A stretch of 64,000 nucleotides of DNA from Podarcis muralis (taxonomy: Eukaryota), in the NCBI RefSeq assembly GCF_964188315.1, contig NC_135668.1, positions 34,844,001 to 34,908,000 on the forward strand, read 5' to 3'. A program made the translations under genes and the position numbers. Numbering within the stretch: the first letter of the stretch is position 1; every line of letters starts with the position of its first letter. Of the stretch, positions 50,516 to 61,005 are shown one piece after another. The notes under the pieces were generated by a model. It was not told where the DNA came from and made no database searches. It was given only the letters and a program-made list of their open reading frames with translations.

Positions 50516-50674
50516 ATTTAGATCTTAAATTAAAATCAGCATAGGGAGATGTTTAAAGGGCAGGAGCTAACTTAACTGTATAAATATAACCTTTGGGAAT
50601 CCTCGTGTGCCCCAATTCCCCAGCCACACTCTGAAGGTCAGAAGGGAGGCCTTTCTTCTCTGTAGCAGAAGGGG

Positions 50675-50852
50675 CTGCAGCTCAGTAGTAGATAATTTGC
50701 TTTGCATGCAGGAGGTGCCAGGTTCAATCCTCAGCATCTCCTTGTAGGGCTGGGACAGACCCCTGTCTGAAACACTGGACAGCCACTGCCACAGCAATGT
50801 AGGCAATAATAACAAATGATCTGACTCGGTATAAGACAGCTTCCTATGGTCC
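50675..50852 (+). mobile_element. tRNA-derived SINE (Squam2-like)
   Basis: ggggctgcagctcagtagtag...tttgcatgcaggaggtgccaggttcaatcctcagcatctcc head; ttcctatggtcct tail. Confidence 0.85.
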
Positions 50853-50923
50853 TGTGCTGGATTTTCTGAGGAGTAGATTGGTTAATAACCCATCAAAGCT
50901 GTAAGCAAACCAATCAATGAAGC

Positions 50924-51177
50924 AGAAGAAGCAGAAGAATTTGGATTTGATATCCCGCTTTATCACTACCTGAAGAAGTCTCAAAGCAGCCAACATTCTC
51001 CTTTCCCTTCCTCCCCCACAACAAACACTCTGTGGGGTGAGTGGGGCTGAGAGACTTCAAAGAAGTGTGACTAGCCCAAGGTCACCCAGCAGCTGCATGT
51101 GGAGGAGCGGAGACGCGAACCTGGTTCCCCAGATTATGAGTCTATCGCTCTTAACCACTACACCACACTGGCTCTCC
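50924..51177 (-). mobile_element. Squam3-like SINE
   Basis: Same structure as 10553-10801. Confidence 0.9.
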
Positions 51178-51274
51178 AACAATCACACATAGTTGCCTGA
51201 CATAAGGGTGACACCATGGCCACTTTCTCCACCTGCCTTACTCACATTGGGCCCATCCCAAATACAAGTGGGGA

Positions 51275-51455
51275 AGGGCTGTAGCTCAGAGGTGGAGAAT
51301 GTACTTTGCATGCAGAAGGTACCAGGTTCATTCCTCAGCATCTCCAGGTGGGACTGGTAGAGACCCTGTCCAAAAACCCAGAGAGATGCTACCAGTCAGC
51401 ATAGACAATACTGATAAAGATCTGACCCAGTATAAGGCAGCTTTCTGCATTCCTA
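51275..51455 (+). mobile_element. tRNA-derived SINE (Squam2-like)
   Basis: gggctgtagctcagaggtggag...tttgcatgcagaaggtaccaggttc head. Confidence 0.85.
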
Positions 51456-51879
51456 ATCAGCTGATAACCTGGAGCCAGTTTTGGTTTCATCTCATAGTCC
51501 AGTGCAGCTTCCAGACACCAAAAAACAGACTCCAGTCTTCAAATGATGCCTGCCCATGTTGTCTTGTTGTTCAGAGAAAAGGCTGAAGTAGTCAGAGAAA
51601 GCATGCAACCTCTCTTTGAAATCCTCCTTTTTTTCTTTTTTTTTAGGGGTAGGGTGAGGTGTCAGAGAGCATCCAGTCCTAATTCCATCATTGGCAAGAG
51701 TGGTGTTTGATTCTTAACTGACTGCACACACATTTTCTAGAGGAGTAGATCAGGAGGATTCCAGAGTCACCCAAAACCCAGTTGTAAGACCCAGTTAGTA
51801 ATACAACCACTGATAATCAGATGCACCAGCAGTGAAAAACCTCCCTCAGGCTCATGAAATTAACACCTGGGATAGTTAA

Positions 51880-52640
51880 TAAAAGACGAGGGAGTCAGAG
51901 GGTTGTCACGGATTTTTTTGCAAATAAAAAAAGCATTACCCTAATTTTAACATGTGCATTATGCTAAAAACGGGTGCCCCAGCGAGTGTTATGGCATTTT
52001 TATCTTAGCTAAAAGACACAATTACTTTGTTTACTGCAAGCGTACATTTCCTCAGCGCATCCCCCCCCCCCCATGGCTTATGCGTTAAGGCAAAGGGAGT
52101 CGCAGCCTAATACAATCTGCATCTATTTATGCTAATGACCCCCCCACCCCTGCTTTCCTCCCACCCCCACCATGCCAGCCTATTTCCATCGACAACACCG
52201 TAAAGCAGGAACATCAAATCGAAAACTAATGGAAGCATTGCACCAGTGTGAAGAAAGCCAATCAACCTTAAAACAGCTGAGATAGATCTCATCCAGCAGT
52301 TCATTCATTCTTTATAGAATCACAATGAAAATATTCCTAGGTGAATCAGAGTTATATAAAGAAAGAAAATAATAATAACAACAATAATACTTGGTTTTTT
52401 TCTGAAAGGTTGTAAAGCATTGGGTTCTTTTGATTTATGGAGGTAGCCAGCCAGCACATTAAGCAAAACAGCTCAGTGTGCCAAGGGGGCCCTTTTCTCC
52501 CACTCCAACCCACAACTCCCCCTGAAATTCCCTTTATTAACCCAAACCAGGCCCTGCCAGCCAGCAAAGAACCGGCAGCACAGGGTGTATAAATCATTAA
52601 AATTATGCTGTGAAATGGCTGAGGTTCCCTTTGCAAGCTG
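51880..52640. promoter_or_regulatory. Putative enhancer cluster / conserved non-coding elements
   Basis: About 750 bp repeat-free; TGTTTAC 52028, ATGCTAAT 52129, TGATTTATGG 52431, TGTATAAATCA 52586 (= TGATTTATACA on minus); CpGs retained. Confidence 0.5.
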
Positions 52641-52746
52641 GGAGACCTTCTTGCACAACAGGAGCTGGAGGCCCTGGAATTGGCTGCTATGAAATGTAGT
52701 CCATCATTCTCGGAAGCTGGCAGATTTCCACTTTCCCCTCTCTTAC

Positions 52747-52801
52747 CGCCCCCACCCCAAACCCCCCCAGCTCCACTGACTGAAATGCAGGGCTCTTTCG
52801 G
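52747..52801 (-). other. Candidate 55-nt exon
   Basis: Acceptor acggccttcctttctatag|, donor gcg|gtaaga; open in all frames; unrecognised. Confidence 0.15.
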
Positions 52802-53284
52802 CTATAGAAAGGAAGGCCGTATGACTTCTATCGTTTCATAGATGGGAACAGGGGCACTCTGGTGTGCTTTAACACCACTGTTCTTGTACACCAAGGATCA
52901 CAGTGTTTCTCAGCGCCCTCACTTCCCCATTGCCAAAGGCCTTTCTCTGCTTTCTGGATGTCATTCATCTACCCTTCTGCAATAGTCAGTCCTGCAGTGC
53001 CTTCTGAATTCTGGTGTGCTGGTCAGCAAACCAGAACAGTGAAGGGGGGGGGGGGACATGTAAGCTATTTAGCTATTTACAGCACAATCCCATGCATGTC
53101 TATTCAGAAGTCAGTCCCACTGGTTACAACTGTGATGGGGAACCTTTTTTTCAGCCTGAGGGTGACATTCCCTTCTGGGAAAGCTTTGGGGCGCTGGATG
53201 CCAGGGGAGAGTAGAGCCAGAAAAAAAGTGGGAAGAGCAAATAAATTTTAATTTTACCTTTCTACAATAGGCTAGTTTCTACAC

Positions 53285-53538
53285 CATGGGTAGGCAAACT
53301 AAGGCCCAGGGGTTGGATCTGGCCCAATCGCCTTCTAAATCAAGGCCCATGGACAATCCGGGAATCAGCATGCTTTTACATGAGTAGAATGTGTCCTTTT
53401 ATTTAAAATGCATCTCTGGGTTATTTGTGGGGCATAGGAATTCGTTCATTTTTCCCCCTTCAAAATATAGTCCGGCCCCCCCACAAGGTCTGAGGGACAG
53501 TGGACCGGCCCCCTGCTGAGAAAGTTTGCTGATCCCTG
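53285..53538. mobile_element. hAT-type MITE, full length, nested in an older hAT-like element
   Basis: Ends catgggtaggcaaact / agtttgctgatccctg; perfect 8-bp TSD ttctacac. Confidence 0.92.
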
Positions 53539-54379
53539 TTCTACACACACCCATCCTCCATCCAGATGCACAAAAGACATTACATGAGTTCAGGGACACA
53601 TTCCAGTCACGCAAGCCTGTTTGCCCTCCTTGGGTGGGCAGTTTTGCAGGTGGGACCTAGGCCTCCCCTGTGAACCAGCCTATTGGAGGCTGGATCGTCC
53701 TCCTGCCACCAAATTGGCCAATGGTGGCAGGAATTTAGGGGGTGATGTGAAGCAAGGCCAGTGAAGAATGTGACCTAGGAGGGCTGAGGGGCAGATACAG
53801 AGGCCTGGAGAGTCGCATTCAGCCCTTGGCCCTGATTACAGCCCTAGATTACATCAGGGTTGCCCCAAGATATTTTGCCAACTGAGGAGAAGATGGCACT
53901 CTCCATTTCCATACAGAGAAGCTGATGGTGCTAGAATTTCAACACCGCTGATGGGATGGATTCTCTGCCACACCTGAGGACAGTAGGCTAATTTGTGGGG
54001 GGTGCAAGGCAGGTTGTATGGCACACTGAGCTCTATTCTCCAACACTTCACCACTACTTCCCTTCCACCCCCAGCTTATGCGACCTACAGCAGCCACCTC
54101 ACTTCACATAATGGTAGGGCCGGCCCCGTACAACTTTAATATCCCAATGGATCTGGTTGTCCTTATGCTTACAGAGAAGTTAAGAGCAAACACCCATTGG
54201 TGGCAGCAGCCCAATACACTTTGATCTGTAAGTGGACATGAGCTGGCCCCCTCTGCACCTTCTACTAAGCTCAACACTTTGAAGAGCCTTGCTGGGCTAT
54301 TCAGACACCAGTTCCTATCATTATCTACCTGCCCGCTCGCTCCATGGTGCTTGGGTGACAAACCTGTATGTTAAGGAGG

Positions 54380-54890
54380 GCCATGGTTTTGTGGTAAAGC
54401 ATTTGCTTTGCATGCAGAGGGTCCCAGGTTCAATCCCTGGTGTCTGCAGGTAGGGCTAGGAATGTCCCCCATCTGAAATCTTGGAGAGCTGCTGCCAGGC
54501 AGTGTATAGTGAGTTAGATGAACTAAGGCAAGGGTTATCAACCTTTTTGGAGTACAGTCATACCTCGGGTTACAGATGCTTCGGATTGTGTGATTTTGGG
54601 TTGCGCACTGCGCCAAGCCCGGAAGTACCGGAATGGGTTACTTCCGGGTTTCAATGTTTGCGCATGGGAAGAAGCACTAAATTGCGCTTTGCACATGCGC
54701 AGAAGTGCCAAATTGCAACCCGCACATGCACAGACACAGCGCTGCAGGTTGCAGATGCTGCGGATTGCGAACGTGCTTCCTGCATGGATCACATTCGCAA
54801 CCTGAGCATCCACTGTACTCATGAGCACCAAGCTGGCCACCCCCTGAACTAAGAGATTGATTCAATATGAGGCAGTTTCATATGTTCTTG
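54380..54890 (+). mobile_element. Triple nest: tRNA SINE > hAT MITE (54529-54846) > Tc/mariner MITE (54555-54815)
   Basis: hAT flanked by aactaagg/aactaaga; inner element TA-flanked with ends cagtcatacctcgggtt / aacctgagcatccactg; SINE resumes after 54854. Confidence 0.8.
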
Positions 54891-57350
54891 TTGGTCTTCC
54901 TTTCGTAGCATTGTTTGCTGCTCCAAGTCTGGTTTAATGAACCATAAGAAGGGCAAAGGCTACGTTTCCCATCAACAGGTAGCTCTTTGCCTGCTCAGTC
55001 TGCTGTCCAATAGCTTACCATGTCACAGTCATCCCCACTGTGGTGAGATGCATTCTATTTAAATTATAATCATCCGTCTTAAATTTGCATCTATATGCAT
55101 TAATTAGTATATGTAAATTTCATGCAAACTGGTGCCTTCTTTTGTCCTCCCCCCCCCCCCGGCGATGCTTTTCTCTTTTCGGTGATGCATGTGCAGCTAT
55201 TCTGCATGTTGCACCCTGCAGCAGTATGCTTTGCCTTGCTGTATGGCAGGGTGAATGGAATCAGTGGAAGGGAATCCATATGCTAGTCCTTCATGCTATT
55301 TGCAGTTGCACACTAGATTCAAAGTGCACCTGTCCTCCACTTGGACTTTTGATGCACAGATGCCTGGAGGAGGGAGCTGAACTCTGAAGAACAATGTATT
55401 AAAAGCTGCCCCCTTGAAGGACCCCCCTCAAGTAAATACAAAATAAGGGTGGTGATTCATAGGGGTAGGTATTGGGAAAATCAGGGCAATTGGATTATAT
55501 GTGATGAAGATCATTGCCTGAGCACCCTGACCCTTCTCTGTGTACGTATTGCTAAAGGCCGTCTTCTGTCTGCCATATGCTTCTTTCACATGACACTCAC
55601 CTGTCCTGGAGTTGCTTTTGAAGCAAGTCTGTTAGTAAACCAACCATCGCATCACCCTTAAAAAGAAAAGTGTGTTTAACAAAATGAATGAAGGAATCTG
55701 GTTGCTCTTACCACAGAATGCCTATGGTTAAAACCACATTTAGCACCATAGGCTCTCTGGATAAGCAGCCAACAATGGATAGGCACAATGGGTACACATT
55801 TTAGTACACATTGTTTGGTTGGAGAACTGAATTGCAAAATTCAGAGAAATGAGACTTCCTAGGGATGTATGTGTTTCGGTTTGCATTTTGTTTTTTTAAG
55901 TGTGAATTATGCAGGTTTGCCTTTAAATACGTACTGGATCAAAATCCCCTCTTTCCCATTTATGGCGTATGCTTAATTTATTTATTTAGGGTCATTAACA
56001 AATAGTTTCCATTGAAAGATGCACCAACTCTCCCAAATCCAAGGACCTAGTGATATATTGAGAACTGACTCCCTCCTTGTCCTTCTGCCATTTGGGTTCC
56101 AGCAGGCTTTTTGGGAACTGACTGCTTTTAATGAAAGGGCTGATGCCATGCTGGTGGTGGTATTATTATTATTATTATTATTATTATTTTTTAATAGATT
56201 TTATATATGCATACAATTGATAGAATTAAATCTATATTAAAACTACTTGTTTTTAATTATTCCACCCCCACATGTTTTTAGTGCTTCTAATTTTTATCCA
56301 TAAACTGCCTTGAGTCCCATGGGGGGGGGGGGGACTTGGGATCTAAACAAACAAACAAACAAACAAAGTCATTACCCCACTGTGGTCTTTGGCCCTGAGA
56401 TGGCACATTTAGCTTTCAGAGTGAGTCCATGTGGCAGAGTTCAGGGCCCAAAGTCTTGGCAAACTTGAGATCATTTAGCTGCAAGAATATTTGATTGTGT
56501 TTAAATGTTTTTTTCTTAAATGTTTAGTTTCATACTGCATTGTTTTCTTGTTTGCCACCATGAGCTCCTCTGTAAAGAAGGGTAGGATAGCAATCTAGAA
56601 AGAGGAAGAAAATGTGGGCTGAGATTTCAAGTTCCCTGCTTGCTCAGAGTGTTCCAGTGCAGTTCTCTGCTTAAACAAGAACAAAACTCAAAAGTATCAG
56701 CAAAATTTAAAAACACGTATTCTGAGAGACAGGATATCTAGAAATTCACACACTTTTAGAGGTAAGATGTTTGAAATATGCATTCAAATGCAAATATTCA
56801 ATAGAAGTTTTGCTTGATATTGCAGATTAATGTAGGAAACTGGCTGGAACAGATTTATGGGTGAATGCATGCAAAAGTGACACAGTCTGGAAACAGATTG
56901 ATTCGCCCATCCCTACACTTCTCTCTCACTCCCTCTCCCCACCACCTTATGTAACCAGAAAATGAAATCAGCACATTCTAGGCTGACATCATCATGAAAC
57001 AGCAGTTAGCATCAGGTGGTGCATAATTTTATTCCTGGTGAGCACCTTTGAGCAATTTATGAATAGGAAGAAAGCAATCTGTCTCTCCCACCTCACCTTA
57101 TCAGGGGTTTTCTGTTCCTTGACTCATTCGCAGTCCAAAAACTTTAAGAGCTGCCTTTTTGAGCACTTTCTTCTTAAACTTCTTTTAAGTTTGTGATTCG
57201 CCCCACCACAACCAGATTTTACTTTATTTATTTATTGAGGCACTTCTAACACAATCTTCATTAAATTCAATCCCAGAGCACCTTAAAAAATATTAATATG
57301 AACATGCAATTCATAATGAAACCAATATCTATCTATCTGTAAATCTATTA

Positions 57351-57710
57351 GGTAAAGGTAAAGGACCCCTGATAGTTAAGTCCAGTCGCGAACGACTCTG
57401 GGGTTGCGGCGCTCATATCGCTTTACTGGCTGAGGGAGCCGATGTTTGTCCACAGTTTTTCTGGGTCATGTGGCCAGCATGACTAAGCCACTTCTGTTGA
57501 AACCAGAGCAGCGCACGGAAACGCCATTTACCTTCCTGCTGGAGTGGTACCTATTTATCTACTTGCACTTTGACATGCTTTTGAACTGCTAGGTTGGCAG
57601 GATCTGGGACCGAGCAATGGGAGCTCACCCCCTCGCACGGATTCGAACTGCAGACCTTCTGATTGGCAAGCCCTAGGCTCGGTGGTTTAGACCACAGCAC
57701 CACCCACATC
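57351..57710 (-). mobile_element. Sauria SINE (Squam1), full length
   Basis: (ACCTTT)n tail and conserved body; short TSD AATCTAT. Confidence 0.95.
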
Positions 57711-58443
57711 AATCTATAACATAACATTAAAAAAACAAGCAAGTTAGCCAAAGGCCTAGACAAATATGCTTTTTTAAGTGGTGCTGAAAACCCATCAGGG
57801 TCACAGAGTCAAACCTGAGAAGTGCATTCCACAATCACGGTGCTCAAGAATGATCTCTCATGGGTGCAGTGAATGCAGCACAGTAAAGAGGGTGTCCTTT
57901 CCCTACCTTGTAAGAGCTGCACTGTTTGCCAATATTCCTTTGCTAGCAGCTCTCCATGAGCAGTCAGGATGGGAGCAACTAAGCCACAAGTTGTTTACAT
58001 GCGAAAATGTGTCTAAGACAATCATTTCCTGAAAATGTTTCTAAGACAATCATTTCCTGAAGCAAATGACATCAAGTTCTCAAGGCAAGTAGAATTTCCT
58101 GCCTTTTCTCCAGCAAATGATTGTGTATTGATATCACCAACTCTGAGACCACCTGTCTTTTCCATCCCCCTATCCCCACTTTGCTCCCTTTCTTTGGTAA
58201 TGGGATCCAGTAGCAGTAGCAGCAGTGAACAGCACCACTTGGTGGAAAGTTGTCTCTGTGTGAGTATGAAACAGAGCAGCACTTAACAAAGGTTAAAAGG
58301 CAGGAAGGCAAAATAGCTTGGGTTGCTGTTGTGATAGTGCTGCCTGCCGGGATTGTGTAAGCAACCAGTGGAACTTTGCCTGAGGTTGCTGACGTCTGGG
58401 TGTCTTAGATACCCATTTGGTATTTTGCGGTTCCTCTCACCTT

Positions 58444-58457
58444 ATTGCCATGGCAAC
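58444..58457. promoter_or_regulatory. RFX X-box-like palindrome
   Basis: ATTGCCATGGCAAC, 13/14 to the RFX palindrome GTTGCCATGGCAAC; GTTGCTGACGTC nearby at 58385. Confidence 0.45.
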
Positions 58458-58849
58458 CTCAAAGTGTCAGTGGGGTGTATTAGTTTGAATGCTGGACTGG
58501 GAGGGGGGAGGGGAGAGACCAGGGTTCAAATTCCCACTCAGCCATAAAGCTTCCTGAGCCTCCCATCTCTGAGTCTAACATACCCCACAGGGTTGTTGTG
58601 AACATAAAACATAGGGGGGGGGGAGGGAAACCACATACTTCTCAGAGGAAAGGTGGAATATAAATGTAACACATGACTAAATGAATAAAATAGGTAACTA
58701 AACGGCACTGAGAGTTTTAGTGACAACCTACGTCTGAGTTCCTGGCATGGGAACCAAAGAGCAGAAGGAGAGAGAAAGCTTTTGTGCCCTGCTTGGCGTG
58801 CGTGTGTGTGTGTGTGTGCAGACTTCATGAGGCAACAGTACTAGGCCAA

Positions 58850-59065
58850 AATGCACAGGCCACCAATGGAAAATTGAAACCTTTCCGGTGAGCCACTTTG
58901 CTCTTTAAGCAGTCATGTAGCATAATAATAAAGATTAGGAGAACAGGCCTTGTATGCGTCTGCAGGTCCCTGTGCATTACGGAATAATGACATTCTGAGC
59001 GGAAATAAATGAAGGCCCCTGCAGTGCTATTCCATCAGCTTTGAAAAGTAAATAACTTCACTTCT
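58850..59065. promoter_or_regulatory. Putative conserved non-coding element
   Basis: Repeat-free block with retained CpGs and TAAT cores between microsatellites. Confidence 0.3.
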
Positions 59066-59111
<46 letters not shown>

Positions 59112-59295
59112 TTTCTTCTTCCTTGCTCCTCCTGCTACAGAGATTAATTGAGCTACACAGCCAAAGACAGGATTAGCACATGAGTTAGAAGGAGGAAAAC
59201 TTCAGAATGTCACACTCACCACAAATATTTAAATCTACCTGTAGGTATAATAGCCACTTTCCAACATTCTCTTGGTTTACCCCCATGCAGTTGCT

Positions 59296-59299
<4 letters not shown>

Positions 59300-59362
<63 letters not shown>
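59300..59362. repeat. Compound (CT)n(GT)n microsatellite
   Basis: Visible tandem. Other microsatellites at about 487-520, 5425-5447, 10177-10218, 11517-11558, 27491-27531, 32313-32356, 39199-39238, 40750-40788 and 59068-59108. Confidence 0.95.
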
Positions 59363-59364
<2 letters not shown>

Positions 59365-59944
59365 TAGGGAAGGATGGTAAAATTCAGTTCACCACACCTT
59401 TAAAGATGAATCTCCTTAATTTGCACTTCCTGAAACAATATAGTAACTGAAAACATGGTCATCCTTTGACATTTGCATATCCCCAAATTTTGTAGTGCAG
59501 TTTTCCAGTCATGTAATGTGTGTGAAAATGCATATGGTAGGGTGAAAGTGCAAGGGGAAAGGCAGCAACTAATGGAAATAACATTACAGTGGTACCCCGC
59601 AAGACGAATGCCTCGCAAGACGGAAAACCCGCAAGACGAAAGGGTTTTCTGTTTTGGAGGCGCTTCGCAAGACGAATTTCCCTATGGGCTTGCATCGCAA
59701 GACGAAAGCCCATAGGGAAATGCTGGCGGTCGGGAGCAAAGACTTTCGCCCACAGCCGGCCTTCAGAAGAGGACCTCTTCTGAAGGCCGGCGGGGGGCAA
59801 AAGTCTTTGCTCCCCCCCGCCTGCCTTCCCCCCGCCTGCCGGGGGCGATCTTAAAATGCTGGCGGGCGGGAGCGAAGCGTTCGCTGCCGACCCCCAGCAT
59901 TTTAAAATCTCCAAGGGACAGCAGAGAAGTCTCTGTCCCGGGGA

Positions 59945-60380
59945 GGTTTTAAAATGCTGGGGGTCGGGAGCGAAGCGCTGCCGACCCCCTGCATTTTAAA
60001 ATCTCCCCGTGTCCCGGGGAGGTTTTAAAATGCTGGGGGTCGGGAGCGAAGCGCTGCCGACCCCCAGCATTTTAAAATCTCCCCGTGTCCCGGGAAGGTT
60101 TTAAAATGCTGGGGGTCGGGAGCGAAGCGCTGCCGACCCCCTGCATTTTAAAATCTCCCCGTGTCCCGGGGAGGTTTTAAAATGCTGGGGGTCGGGAGCG
60201 AAGCGCTGCCGACCCCCTGCATTTTAAAATCTCCCCGTGTCCCGGGGAGGTTTTAAAATGCTGGGGGTCGGGAGCGAAGCGCTGCCGACCCCCAGCATTT
60301 TAAAATCTCCCCGTGTCCCGGGAAGGTTTTAAAATGCTGGGGGTCGGGAGCGCTTCGCTCCCGACCCCCAGCATTTTAAA
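59945..60380. repeat. 76-bp hairpin minisatellite
   Basis: Units start at 59945, 60021, 60097, 60173, 60249 and 60325 (partial); degenerate unit near 59851. Confidence 0.97.
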
Positions 60381-60382
60381 AC

Positions 60383-61005
60383 GCTGTTCCGAAGGGGGGG
60401 GGGACACCTGCCCCAGCCGCCCCACTTCGGAAAGCTGTTCCGAAGCGGGGAGGGGGGCGGGGACATCTGCCCCAGCCGCCCCACTTCGGAAAGCTGTTCC
60501 GAAGCGGGGAGGGGGGGCGGGGACATCTGCCCCAGCCGCCCCACTTCGGAAAGCTGTTCCGAAGCGGGGAGGGGGGGCGGGGACATCTGCCCCAGCCGCC
60601 CCACTTCGGAAAGCTGTTCCGAAGCGGGGAGGGGGGGCGGGGACATCTGCCCCAGCCGCCCCACTTCGGAAAGCTGTTCCGAAGCGGGGAGGGGGGGCGG
60701 GGACATCTGCCCCAGCCGCCCCACTTCGGAAAGCTGTTCCGAAGCGGGGAGGGGGGGCGGGGACATCTTCCCCAGCCGCCCCACTTCGGAAAGCTGTTCC
60801 GAAGTGGGGAGGGGGGGCGGGGACATCTCCCCCAGCCGCCCCACTTTGGAAAGCTGTTCCGAAGTGGGGAGGGGGGGCGGGGACATCTGCCCCAGCCGCC
60901 CCACTTCGGAAAGCTGTTCCGAAGTGGGGAGGGGGGGCGGGGACATCTGCCCCAGCCGCCCCACTTCGGAAAGCTGTTCCGAAGCGGGGCGGGGGCGGGA
61001 ACACC
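60383..61005. repeat. 60-bp G/C-rich hairpin minisatellite
   Basis: Nine full units (60434 to 60913 starts) plus a short lead-in at 60383 and a partial at 60973. Confidence 0.97.

Noticed and set aside
50672-50745. tRNA-Ala(TGC)-like sequences (also 51275, 54380, 37085)
   Set aside because: SINE heads followed by the SINE body; acceptor and anticodon stems are disrupted.
59945-61005. CRISPR-like palindromic repeat arrays
   Set aside because: No unique spacers, units are contiguous, no cas genes, and the DNA is vertebrate.
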